Assembly: GCA_951406725.2 (NCBI GenBank)
Contig: OX597835.1
Span: 31,930,001-31,994,000 of the forward strand
Length of the DNA: 64,000 bases
Reading direction: 5' to 3'
Origin: Octopus vulgaris
Lineage: Eukaryota
How positions within the stretch are numbered: the stretch's first letter is position 1; every line of letters starts with the position of its first letter. The notes under the pieces were generated by a model that was not told the origin of the DNA, did no database searches, and saw only the letters and a list, made by a program, of their open reading frames with translations. Position numbers and translations under genes: made by a program. Below are positions 51,400-64,000 of this stretch, one piece after another.

Positions 51400-52380
51400 T
51401 GTTTGAACGAATGTCTGTGCTTGAGTGTTGTGTGTGTGTGGAGTGCGTTTCCTTACTTGAGTGGTGGGTGTCCGTGCTTGAGTGTCTGTATGCGTTTCAG
51501 TGCGTGTCCTTGCTTGAGTGTCTTTGAATGTTTGAGTGCGTGTCCGTGTTTGCCTGTCCGTGTGTGTTTGAGTGTGTGTTCGAGCTTGAGCATCCGTGTG
51601 TGTTTGAGTGTGTGTTCGTGGTTGAGTGTCAGTGAGTGTTTGAATGCGTGTCCGTACTTGAGTGTCTGTGTGTGTTTGAGTGCGTGTTCTTACTTCAGTA
51701 TCTGTGTGCGTTTGAGTGTGTTCGTGCTTGCATGTTCGTATGTGTTTGAGCGTGTTGAGTCCGTATGCGCGCTTGTGCATTTGTGTCTGGTTGCGTGCGA
51801 GTCTCTACTTGAGTGTCTGTGTGTCTTTGAGTGCGTGTCTGTACTTGAGTCACAGTGTGTGTTTGAGAGCGTGTTCCTGCGTGAGAGTCAGTGTGTGTTT
51901 GAGTGCGGTTCCGTGCTTGAATGTCTGTGTGAGTTTGAGTGCATGTTCGTGCTCGAGTGCCTGTGTGTGTTTGAGTGTCTGTGTACCTTTGAGTGCATGT
52001 TCACGCTCGAGTGTCTGTGTGTGTTTGAGTGTCTGTGTGCCTTTGAGTGCCTGTTCGCGCTCGAGTGTCTGTGTGTGTTTGAGTGCGTGTTCGTGCTTGA
52101 GTGTCTGTGTGCGTTTGATTGCGTGTTCGTGGTCGAGTGTCAATGTGTGATTCAGTGCGTGTTGTGCTTGAGTATTGGTGTGCGTTTGAGTGTGTGTTCG
52201 TGCTTGCATGTGTATGTGTGTTTGTGCGTGTTGAGTGCGTGTGCGCGCTTGTGTATTTTTGTCGGGTTGTCTGCGTGTCACTATTTGAGTGTCTGTGTGT
52301 TTTTGAGTGTGTGTCCGTGCTTGTGTGTCTGTGTGTGTTATTGAGTGCGTGTCCATGCTTGAGTGTCTATATGCGTTTTG
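51400..52380. repeat. GT-rich minisatellite, 18/36-bp unit (gtgtgtttgagtgcgtgttcgtgcttgagtgtct-like)
   Basis: TTGAG/TCGAG recurs about every 18 bp over ~1 kb. Confidence 0.9.
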
Positions 52381-52681
52381 CTTGTTTATGAATGAGCATT
52401 CAACTACAACCTTCGTGGTAAACGTGTTAGGCGCTTTCAGTTTTTTTGTAGAGTCGTTGATGTGTAAGGAAGAGGAGGAAAATCAGACACATAACTGTCA
52501 AGTTTGTAGATGATTAGTAACCATGTACATTTTCAAATCCTCTGAGAGTTTTCGAAAGAAGAGTCAGTGCAAATAAACTGTTTCATGACCTCTGATACAA
52601 GTTAATGAAAGAATGAAAACATACTCCGATCAAAACCCTTTTCCAAATGCTTGCAACTGAGTAGCCTTCACAGAAGGCTAG

Positions 52682-53720
52682 TACATGGCAGAAACAGAAA
52701 TAGGCCCTGCGGCAGGTTTTTCACACATATTTTCTCAACCAAGTGCCCGTCAAAAACTTTGGCCTCCCCTAGCTAATCATGAAACAAAGAAAACCGCACA
52801 GTTCTTAGGAGAATCTTTTGCCAAAGAAGCCATATATGCACACAAGACACTGCCAGGTTGAACAACCGTGTGGTTTGAACTTCTATTTCTCTATGACATA
52901 ATTACTTGGGAGGGCTAAAGTTTTTCGAGGGGTACTTGGTTGACAAAATCTACATGAAATATCTGATGGAAGGCCTGTTTCTGTTTCTGCCTTGTATAAC
53001 TCCTGTGTAACAAACCATCACACAAAATTCTTTGGCTTTCCCAAATAATTGTGACAGCGAAGAATAAAAATTGAAGCCAGACAGTTACTAAAGGAATTCG
53101 TTAACCGCCCCACATTCCATCGGAGCCAAAGATGCGTACAAACTTTTTCCAGATTTCATTCCCATCCTGCCTCTGGTTGGGGTCCTTCGACATGTCTTCA
53201 CTTACTTCCTCAAAAGACATTGATTTTTTCCCCTATTAAATATGATACCGAAGAATAGAAATTCGAGTCACATGATTTGTAACCCACGGGTCCAAAGCAG
53301 CTTACAAAATATTTACATATTTGTTTCCTCATCCCACGTCTGCCCGGGGTCCACCAACATGGTTCTTTGTAACATGAGACACCCCAAAGTCATTGATTGG
53401 ATTTTTTCCAACTAAGTAATAACGCCGAGGATCAGGAATAGAATTTAGAGCGACTTGGTTGTGAAGAGAGTTTACTAAACATGGACTCAAACATTACTGC
53501 AAATAAGGTATTACCAAATTTGATTTTCTACCTTTCTTGGGCTTACCGGAAGGTTATTCGTATAGTTTCTTTGTAAAATGCACCATTCAAAAGACTTTGT
53601 TCATCTCAACTAATTATGTCACAGAAGAAAAGAATTTCTAAACACATGGTTGCTAAGAGAATTTGTTATACACGGAACTAAAACTGCAAACCAAGACATT
53701 ACAAGATTCGATCCCTTATT
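52682..53720. repeat. Degenerate ~175-200-bp repeat array with one inverted pair
   Basis: Motif starts at 52751, 53023, 53211, 53385 and 53588 (+) and about 52926 (-). 52682-52790 is an inverted repeat of 52885-52996. Confidence 0.7.
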
Positions 53721-53892
53721 CGACACGATGAAAATCCAACCCTTAAATATATTGCTGTATATTGGCTTCCCTTTCAACTGATAGCTCGATTAAAAAATAC
53801 ATTATCTTTGTATTTTTTCTTATATAATCGAGATAAGAGTTGCTCCAATCGATTTCCAAATGATCGATTAATTTGCAAAAGTTGAAATACTG

Positions 53893-53990
<98 letters not shown>

Positions 53991-54052
53991 GTATATATAT
54001 ATACACATATATATACATATATATATACAAATATATATCTGTGTGTGTATAA

Positions 54053-54088
<36 letters not shown>

Positions 54089-55099
54089 GCATACATTTTT
54101 TATTCCTGAAGAAGGAACATTATATATTAATATATTAACAATATAGTCACCACATAAGATAATAGATCACTACTTTCATTTCATATATTATCAAATATTC
54201 AATCTCCATTAAATTGATTCCAATAACGTTTGTATGAAAATAAAATAACAAACAATTATATCATTTATTAGTAATTATGTATCAAGGATCAAGGGAAAAA
54301 TCGATCATCATTGATCTTTTGTATCGTTAATTGCAAACATTCATTAATGTCGTATTGTATTGATAAGGAGTATAATGTTACATTGTTATATAGAAACACA
54401 CCACAATGCCATTGTTTCCCTTGCAGGTTCCCATACAGCACGACGCTGCTATAGCGTGTACGTGTATGCGTATGTATGTATATATGGTTGTATGTATGCG
54501 TGTTCGTGTGTGTGTGAATATTTTTGTGGTGAATATTTTTGTGTGTGTTAGGATACAAAACTATTTCATTTCGTTTTGCGCGGTATTATGCATTGCAATG
54601 ATATGAATCAGCGAATAGATACATTTCATAAATGTAGCGTTAAAATGGCTAACAAATGTTTATAGTGTGTGTGTGTTTGTGCGTATGTGTGTGTGTGGTG
54701 GTGGTGGTGGTGGTGTGTGTGTGTGTGTGCATATATTCACATACATACACACACATACATATATGAGTCTGCTTTCATAAACTTATACCTTTGTATATAC
54801 TTACACACACACGCCTACACATTCTCTCATATTCACTGATTCCCTCTCTCCGTCTCTGTCTCTTTCTTTCTCTCTCTCTCTCTCTCTCCCTCTCTCTCTC
54901 TCTGTCACTCTCTCTCTCATAAACACATTCACACACATATGTCTTCCAAGCCAGTTTCCTTTTTTTACTCCCTCTGTAATGTTTATAAATTGATTACTCG
55001 CTCTCCCTCAACTGCCAATCCAAATATACTATATTGTTAAACGAAATAGATACAAGAAAAAATAAAGCTGTCCCTGTTTTTTCTCCACCCATTATTCCT

Positions 55100-56720
55100 A
55101 GGAGAATCATGGAAATAGAATCCTCAAGCCCCTCCTATATTGGGTCTTGTCAAAAGCAACCATAATTACTCTTTCCGGATGGACCTCACATGGGTCTAAC
55201 TAGGACTACAGATATTATAAAACCATCTCATTCTCATTCTATCTCTAGGCCTCCTGCTCATTGGCTTCACTTGAAGAAACCGTCTTTGGGTTCTTTCCAG
55301 GGACATTCTGCTCACATGTCCGTAGTACTGGAGCTGTGTTCTCACAATGCAGAGAAGTCTCGGCTCGAGATACTCCATGATCTCCGAGATGGTTCATAGT
55401 TCGAAGATCAGGTAACGTTGATCGGGTAATGTTGCCCCAGAGATATTTCCGAGTAACTCCATTTCGGCCGCTTATAAGATCTTCGCAATTCTGTTCCTTC
55501 GTTCATTTCTTAACATTAATAACCATATTTGATGATGGGCACGAAAACGGATTTTGGGGGCTTTGTTTTACCAATTTCTCCTCTTCTGAGGTTGAAATGC
55601 TGGAAGTTGCACGTTACTCTACCACCACCTGCAATTCTCTCATCCATTTTTACCTCTTGCCTCCCATCACTCGTATATGCGTTCTCAAATTACTTAAACT
55701 GCTCCACTTGCCTTAGTGAAGTTCCCCTCATATACAGAGTGCACTTTGAAAACTTTCTCTAGGAGAGCAACGTTCTTAACTATGCTTTGCAGCACGCGAC
55801 AACGAACCCAATTAATGCATGCTGGAGATTACCTACTGATGAACAAAGCTGCACTATCTCATCTGTAAATATCAGCCGACTGGTCCTATTGTTATACCAA
55901 TTGTTATACCACGACGCATGTCAATCTAGTTTACTATTTTACTCTTTTACTTGTTTCAGTCATTTGACTGCGGCCATGCTGGGGCACCGTCTTTAGTCGA
56001 GCAAATCGACCCTGGGACTTATTCTTTGTAAGCCCAGAATTTATTCTATCATTCTCTTTTGCCGAACTGCTAAGTGACGGGGACGTAAACACACCAGCAT
56101 CAGTTGTCAAGCAATGCTAGGGGGACAAACATACACACACATACATATATATACGTATATACGACAGGCTTCTTTCAGTTTCCGTCTACCAAATTCACTC
56201 ACAAGGCATTGGTCAGCCCGAGGCCATAGCAGAAGACACTTGCCCAAGATGCTACGCAGTGGAACTGAACCCGGAACCATGTGGTTGTTAAGCAAGCTAC
56301 TTACACACAGCCACTCATGCGCCTGTTTATTAAAGTTATGAAAAGGAAAGTTCAGCACTCATTTTGAAAGGGTTCGTTTGAATACTTTTCACCCGAGCAC
56401 AAACATCTGAGTATTCCTATAGGGACTTTACGGCAACCAGATGTCCATGTATCTCAAATTCCTGCATGTTCCATCGTATGGGGCCATGTGCATTTTCGGG
56501 TGTTCAAAGTTAGCGTGCTTCCCCTTCCGACGATTTTTTGGAGACCTACAGTAGAGAAACTATTTGGCCGATTGTGCTGCGACCAATTCAGAAGTTTCCC
56601 TGATCTCCAACCAACTTGGGTTTCACAATTTCCGTACATCCCTTTCCTAGACACCTAGAGTAGTGTTCACTGAGGAGGTTCTGCAAGGAGATTCATCTAT
56701 AATGACAACACTCTTTCCTT
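55100..56720 (-). mobile_element. Decayed RTE-clade LINE (RT to 3' end) with SINE insertion
   Basis: ISLQNL...IVKPKL...GRSTIGQI; RLIFTDEIVQLCSS..LQHAL; QLQYYGHVSRM...RPRDRMRMRW. Confidence 0.8.
55931..56324 (-). mobile_element. SINE family A
   Basis: Highly similar to 44331-44780. Confidence 0.92.
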
Positions 56721-56799
56721 GACTCCTTGTTAAAAAATTGTGATTATCACTCCGAATTGCCACTGCTTTGCTTTCTTTCCCTTTATCCTTCAATCTAAT

Positions 56800-58560
56800 T
56801 TATTTGACCCTTGTAAAAGAGAGATATACATAGTGACCAAAACTATCGTTGAAATCAATTCCGATATTAGAAAGTCGATTTGAGACATCTGATGGAACTG
56901 CAGTAATGCAATTAAAAGATTCTGTCTTCAGAATTATCCAGTTTGATATCGTGAATATATTTGCTTCCATGATAGCATCTCTTCTCCTGAACGGCCCCAA
57001 TATCGAAATAGCTATGAACTCAAGACGTCAAAAAGATGGTGACCGATACCCACAGATCTCTAGGGGGAGCTAAGACGAGGCTGAGGTGGAAGATCTTTTT
57101 GGACAATTTATCCTAGATAACTTCAAGGAGTGCAGATTCCACAATATTCCGTGCTTACACAGAGATGATGGACTCGCAATTTCAAGACATATACGGCCAG
57201 GCAATGGATAGATTTCGAAATATGTTCAATTCTGCAAAATCTTTAATTTAAATTAATCAATTTACCTTGGTTTATATCATCATGATGATATGAAATTAGG
57301 ATGAAACTGCGTTATACAAAACTATCCATGATAAAAAAGAATATTTAACATTTTTGTAATGAGTTAGAAAAAGAATCGAATATGTATATTCAATGCATCG
57401 CCTTAGATTTATTCGATTTAAAATTCAAACTTATAGCGCCAGCCTGATTTATCAGAAATGATTATCTCCCTTAAAATAACTGCCACTTGGTCAACACGAA
57501 CTTTACACTTCACATAATCATTACTACCACTACTAACCTAAACACAGTCAATTTCTTGAGATTAATTTAAACCAAAAGATAGATGAGTACTAGTCGTATA
57601 GAAAACCTAAATAGGAAATTGGGATGTTTTCGGTTTGAACGGCAGTTTTTAACATAATTTCTAGGTAACTTCGTATACTGGTAGAATGTGTTTATAAAAC
57701 ATCTTTTTCTCTTGGCTTTATTGAGAAAATTCTATAGTTTCTAAGATATTTGTTGTTTCTAAGATATTTCAAACAATCACTGACGTCTATTGAGGTAAAA
57801 ACATTCTGTGCCGTATGAATATGTCCCTCGTTTAAGAAACAGATTGGGTTTATTTATATTTGTGAAGAAAAAAAGATACCCTTCCCCCACCCTTAACCCT
57901 AACTCTAACTAACCCTAACACTAAAACAGATTGAAATGCAATATATCGATACTAGGGTCATAATTATGGGTGACAATTTCATATTACACCGCTAGAAAAA
58001 ACTGCCGTTCAAACCGAAAAGATCCAGACATTGTACAGTTTCATTAAAATTATTGCCCAACCCCAAATATCATTAGAAATGTAGCAGTTAGCGGCATTAA
58101 CAACGTCTTGTATTTAAACCCTATAATTTTCTGTATTAGAACACAGCATTAGCGAGAAGTGGCTTTAATGAGAATTTAGTGTTTATTTTGGATATCTACT
58201 CTCATTTCCAAGAGTGTTATGAAGAGAAAAGCAACTGGGTTCAGTCCGCCCTTCAGACTATATATCACTACGAAATTAGCCCCCAAATATACATCTCCGA
58301 CTTGGCAACACCTTCCAAGCTCTTATAAATACTGCTGCTCCCATATAAGCGAAATGTTAGAGTTCGTTATTGCGAAGACCACACCGTTTATAACTTCAAA
58401 CTGAAAAGAAAAAAAGAAATACTCCACTGTTTTCAGTCGAGAAACCCAACTGCAACAGCCGTAAACCTAAATTTCTGCATAGAAAAAGACTAGATATTCA
58501 TCTTGTATACAGCAATAAGTGCTATCATTCCTTCAATAATAAACAAGAAAGTTGGAAATT
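56800..58560 (+). mobile_element. Highly decayed Naiad-type PLE RT remnant
   Basis: IIQFDIVNIFAS; GS*DEAEVEDL.GQFIL; LHRDDGLAI; VNFL; YRKP; KRKATGFSPPF. Interrupted by a MITE. Confidence 0.7.
57622..58025 (-). mobile_element. Merlin-like MITE, copy 2
   Basis: Reverse copy of 20819-21233. TSD ggaaattg/agacattg. Internal CCCTAA-like repeats. Confidence 0.9.
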
Positions 58561-59422
58561 ATATAAGATACCTAAAACCAGTCTCTAAATCTGTCTAAGG
58601 TTATATACTATTCATTAAGTGGGAGAAATAATTGTGTAATGGATATACTTTAGGTAAGTCGTATCTTCTTTCCAGCGAGATTGACGACCGCAAACCTAAC
58701 TTTCTGTATAAAAATGATGTGGTATTCACCTTGAATGTGGTAACAGGTGCTAACATCCCTCTTACAAAACAAGAAAAATGGAAATTGTATGAAATACATA
58801 ATACTAGACTTTAAAACTGCCTTGAGCGGTACACTTTTCTTTGGGGGAAAGAAATAATTGTGTAGGGGATATATTTTACGTGAGTCATGTCTCCTTTCCT
58901 GCGAGATTATGTTCATAATTCTTGTATTTTGCAATGGAAATACTGAACAGAAATTCTTATCCATTCACCAGAATTGGTTTACTTTTAATTTTTTTTACCA
59001 AAAAACTTACAAATATCTAATGACGCTTAAACATTGTTACTATATCGTTCTTTTTAAAATATCAGTATTTGAGTAATTTATTTAGATGTAATGGTAATGT
59101 AACTTTTCAGCAATACTGTTTATATCTAACCAACATTAAATTAAATATCTCCTGGCAAAAAGCGAAATCAGATTGTAATCTTTGTTTACCGGCAGATTTG
59201 TACACCTAAAGCTATTTTTTTGTTATATTGATGTTTTGATAAAGTTTTCATATAGTGTAACGTCCACAATCGAAAATATTATTGATTCAGACCAACATAC
59301 GTTACCGAACAGACTAATTAAAATAGTATTTTTTAATAAAAATATGCGTGAATGGAATATATTATATATTTCGTACGGCACTACAAACACACACACACAC
59401 TCAGACGCACACATACACACAA

Positions 59423-59477
<55 letters not shown>

Positions 59478-59734
59478 ATACGTGTGTGTGTGTTGTTTGT
59501 TTCTTTTTTCAACATGGAAATCCATCGTCGTATATCTTATTAGAAGGAAAATTTATTCGGATTTCAAAACGATAAACAATCGTTGCAAAGAAAGCATACA
59601 GCTACAAAAATATAAAACAAAACTTATAACACCAGGGAATAAATGTTTATGCGGTAATTTAAAGAACATTGGAAAAGTTTAGAGTGGGAATGGGTGGGGA
59701 AACCCATATATAGGCGTAGGAGTGGTTGTAAGGT

Positions 59735-59910
59735 GTACGTGTGTATATTTATGTCTCTATGTTTGTCCTCCCCACCATCGTTTGTCAACCGGTTTGGTGT
59801 GTTGATGTCCACGCAACTGAGTGGTTCGGAAAAACCGACCGTTAGAATAAGTTCTAGGCTTACAAAGAATAAGTCCTGGGGTCGATTTGTTCGACTAAAC
59901 GTGGTGCTTT
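59735..59910 (+). mobile_element. SINE family A 3' half
   Basis: tagaataagttctaggcttacaaagaataagtcctggggtcgatttg. Confidence 0.75.
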
Positions 59911-59923
59911 AAATATATAAAGT

Positions 59924-60070
59924 CATCATCATTGTTCGACCGTGGTCGAGACAATAGAATTTACTATGTTACGCCAGACTTCACGGTCCATCATAGCATT
60001 ACGGAGGTCCTGTTGCTGGATACCTGTATCCCTGGAGATTACATCAGGGTAGGAGAGTGTGCGCCCTCTG
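59924..60070 (-). mobile_element. RTE LINE 3' end with (GAT)n tail
   Basis: RGRTLSYPDVISRDTGIQQQDLRNAMMDREVWRNIV. Confidence 0.75.
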
Positions 60071-60146
60071 GTGTTGCGAGAAAGTAACAAACCAAAGAAA
60101 GGAATTCGTTCAAAGGGGTGTGTAAGACATCCAATTCACTGGTACG

Positions 60147-60530
<384 letters not shown>

Positions 60531-61206
60531 GACACTAAAAATAACTAGAATGCAGGAAAGAGCTGTTATCTCTTTATGGTCGACTTGACGATGATTGGTT
60601 CAAAAAAGAAATAAAAGAAAAAGAAAAAGACAAAAGTAAGACTATTTGAAACCAGTTTTCTTAGTACAAAGAGAATTTGTGTTGGCTTGAAACATTTTGG
60701 ATTAAAGATCTGACAGACTGGATAATGGCACGACGAGAAACTACAACAGCAATTAATGGAATAAAATTACCAGATAAACTAGCTTTCATACATGGAATAC
60801 ATGTGACAACTGGATACATGAGGATAAAATTCCAACGTAAAAGATTGCAGTATGTAATTGTGGCTTTAACAATTATGTTATGCAACAGCTTTTGGTGAAG
60901 GTTAGCAGCTAGTTAAACTAACTTTACTGTAATTAAAGACGGCGTCTAACGTAGGCGCAAGGGCGTAAATCTTGGGGAAACTGGTTATAATTGATTGTAA
61001 GTCAACTAGAACTTGACTGGTAACAGGAAATCTGAAATTGGTGAAAGTGTGTGCATGCGTATGTGATTATGAATGTATGTATATATGTATAGATTGATAA
61101 CAGATAATTGATATCCCTGTACATTATGAATATGCGTATGTATATATATATATATATGTAATTATGTATACGTGTATCTGCATCAGTATCTATCTATCTA
61201 TCTATC

Positions 61207-61272
<66 letters not shown>

Positions 61273-61276
61273 TATA

Positions 61277-61638
61277 TACTCTTTTACTTGTTTCGGTCAT
61301 TTGACTGTGGCCATGCTGGAGCACCGCCTTTAGTCGAGTAAATCGACCCCAGAACCCATTCCCTGCAAGCCCAGTACCCATTCCATCGGTCTCTTTAGTA
61401 ATGGGGACGTAAACATACCAGCATCGGATGCTGGGGGGGGAGGGGGCAAACACAGACACACAAACGTATACATACGACGGGCTTCTTTCAGTTTCCGTCT
61501 ACTAAATCCGCTCACAAGGCTTTGGTTGGCCCGAGGCTATAGTAGAAGACACTTGTCCAAGGTGCCATGCAGTGGGACTGAACCCAGAACCGTGTGGTTC
61601 GTAAGGAAGCTACTTACCACACAGCCACTCCTACGCCT
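61277..61638 (-). mobile_element. SINE family A
   Basis: Homologous to 44331-44780. Confidence 0.9.
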
Positions 61639-61652
61639 ATATATATATATAT

Positions 61653-61775
61653 ATAAATACAAAATGAGACAAGAACGCAAAACATCCAGAAGACGATACG
61701 TAAAACACGGACGGGTTCCTTCGAAGCCTTTGATCTTCAGTCAAGAACCGGATCATCCTCGCAATTTCGGCTGCA
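61653..61775 (-). mobile_element. Fragment of the same (TA)n-inserted family as 10817-11041
   Basis: aaatacaaaatgagacaagaacgcaaa...tcaagaaccggatca..tcgcaatttcggctg. Confidence 0.7.
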
Positions 61776-62310
61776 GCATTCTACCACTGAACCACAGATG
61801 TTATTCTACCGAAAACTTTATTTTATTATTATTTCATCGGTTTTGAAACAATAACTATCAAATGTGCCCTAGGCGGGTTTCGAACTGGGAACGTAAAGCA
61901 GCATATTTAAACAACGCTGCATATTTATATGATGTTCTTTCCTTCTTCTTTACCGATTATGCTATCCGCCCCCAGATTCACAGTGTGGATAACGTGAATG
62001 GAAATTATGAATCTGTAATAACTACTGATTTTCGAATATGCCAAGTTAATTGAGATTCAAGTAACTTTGCATATTAAAATACCGAAACAACCGTGTCTCG
62101 AATATCGAGTTTCCATAAGAGAATAATCAAATGTTTCGCTAATTTGTCTACGAAGTACCATAAGCACCACAAACCATATTCTCTTGAAGCTTAACGGAGT
62201 TGTATTTATGATATCGGTTACAAAAGAATGTCGATGGATTAACAGAGAAAAATGGGCGCCGAAAGAAATCTCTTCCGTTTAGCTCGTGGGTTCACGTGGT
62301 GAGGGCAAAT

Positions 62311-63110
62311 TAAGAAGAAGAAGAAGAAGAAGAAGAAGAGGAGGAGAAGAAGAAGGGGAGGGGAGAAAAGAAAAAGAAAAGGTAGGAGAAAAGAAGGAGG
62401 AGGAGAGGAGGAGGAGAAAGAAGAAGAGGAAGGGGATGAGGAGAAGAAGGAGACAGCAGCAGCAAACAACCACAGGAACAAGAAGAAAAACAAGAAGAAG
62501 AAGAAGGAGAAGAAGGAGGAGGTGGAGGAGGAGGAGGAGAAGAACAAGAACAATTTTCGATAGTTTTGTTGTGTCTGGTGTAGTTGCTTTCATTGTTGTT
62601 GTTGAACACCACCATCACTATCACCACCATCAGCACCATCACAACCACCAACGCCACCACCACAACTACTACCACCGTCACCTCCACCACCACCATCACC
62701 AACACCACCACAATAACCACCACCAACCTCACCGACACCAACACCATAACAACCACTACCACCATTACCTGCACCACCACCATCACCATCACCACAATCA
62801 CCACCATCACCACAACCACCACAATCACCACCACCAACAACAACACCACCATCACCACAACCATAACAACCACTACTGCCATCACTGCCACCACCACCTT
62901 CGCCATCACCACCATCACCACCATCACCACAACCACCACAATCACCACCACCAACATCACCGACACCAACACCATTACAACCACTACCACCATCACCTCC
63001 ACCACCACCCTCACCATCACCACCTTCGCCATCACCACCAACACCACCATCACCACAACCACAACCACCACAATCACCACCACCACACCACCACCACAAA
63101 CATCACCGAC
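62311..63110. repeat. (AGA/GGA)n followed by degenerate (CAC/CAT/CAA)n
   Basis: Directly visible. Source of the Arg/His/Thr-rich ORFs. Confidence 0.9.
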
Positions 63111-63765
63111 ATCAACACTATTACAACAACAATCTCAGCCCTTACCTCCCAAAAGACAAATGTAGATGGAAATCAGAACCCAATCAAGTCAGATGAACGA
63201 ATCAACACCAATCAACACAATACAAGGTAGAAAACCAAAACGAAACGAAAGCCAAAATTATCCGCAAAACAATATATTATTCAACTGAAAGCCGTTAATC
63301 ATGGTGCGCTTGCATTTTTGAGACTCATATTGCTTACCAATCCATTGTGTAGTGGAAAGAGAATCGATTATTAGCCAATGAACCACATCTGTTTTCTTCA
63401 AACTCCTAGCTTTCGTTTTTACATAAATTTTGCTTGCTTTTAAATCTTTAAATCGCGATTCTTATTTTCATGTATTTTAGATTTCGAATTTTTCTAGTAT
63501 AGTTTTTTTTTCTATTTTAGCAAAAGTTATTTCTCAACTTGTTTCCCGAGGAAAGAAATAAACGAAGCACTTAGCACGTTGATTATTATTTCATATACGT
63601 ACAAAATATACGCATAACAAATTAAACTGTTGCCAAGAAAATTTCTTAACATCGGCCTACACAAGGAACATCAGATGTCAAGAAACCTCCTACATGTTCG
63701 AGTTGGCCCTAATAACATTATTTTCTGGGGCTGACCTAAGCTAGATATTATGCCTATACCGTGTA

Positions 63766-63981
63766 TACCTATTTCTTTATTACCCACCAGGGGCTAAACA
63801 TAGAGGGGACAAACAAGGACAGACATAGGTATTAAGTCGATTACATCGACCCCAGTGCGTAACTGGTACTTAATTTATCGACCCCGAAAGGATGAAAGGT
63901 AAAGTCGACCTCGGCGGAACTTGAACTCACAACGTAACTGCTAAGCATTTCGCCCGGCGTGCTAACGATTCTGCCAGCTCA
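63766..63981 (-). mobile_element. SINE family B
   Basis: Reverse homologue of 15092-15308. Confidence 0.9.
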
Positions 63982-64000
63982 CCACACATAATGTGCCAGC

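Noticed and set aside
51400-52380. Periodic TGA in one frame as a selenocysteine array
   Set aside because: The TGA comes from the TTGAG repeat motif. No SECIS or coding evidence.
60660-60900. ORF 60677-60898 as a host exon
   Set aside because: It weakly resembles a decayed LINE RT segment (DWIM...GI...LAF). Neither reading is well supported.
61705-61760. CTGAAGA motif in a (TA)n-inserted repeat as a hammerhead
   Set aside because: No correctly placed GAAA or stems could be formed.
62286-63230. 314-aa Arg/His-rich ORF (or Thr-rich mucin-like frame)
   Set aside because: Trinucleotide low-complexity sequence open in several frames on both strands, with no signal peptide or splice support.

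Overview
AT-rich eukaryotic DNA saturated with microsatellites, with no confidently identifiable host gene. Nearly all long ORFs in the track are translations of simple repeats. The window is a graveyard of transposable elements whose repertoire suggests a coleoid cephalopod (Octopus-like; inference from the SINE families and microsatellite density). It holds three tRNA-derived SINE families (about 25 copies); Penelope-like retroelements (a near-complete Neptune-type copy at 40281-43645 and Naiad-type remnants); RTE, CR1-group, Tx1/L1 and Dong/R4 LINE fragments; two mariner copies, a maT-like Tc1/mariner fragment and MITEs. The most notable signal is RNA structure. Several distinct minimal type-I hammerhead ribozymes lie in PLE terminal repeats, some with the compensatory U3-A8 core. 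A candidate HDV-like ribozyme sits at the 5' boundary of a non-autonomous RTE derivative. Other highlights: a 400-bp palindrome centred on (AT)n, a (TATG)n-associated element in three copies, serial SINE insertion at one 14-bp target site, SINE multimers with recurrent junctions, and a degenerate ~190-bp repeat array with an inverted pair. All alignments and folds were done by eye, so boundaries are approximate.
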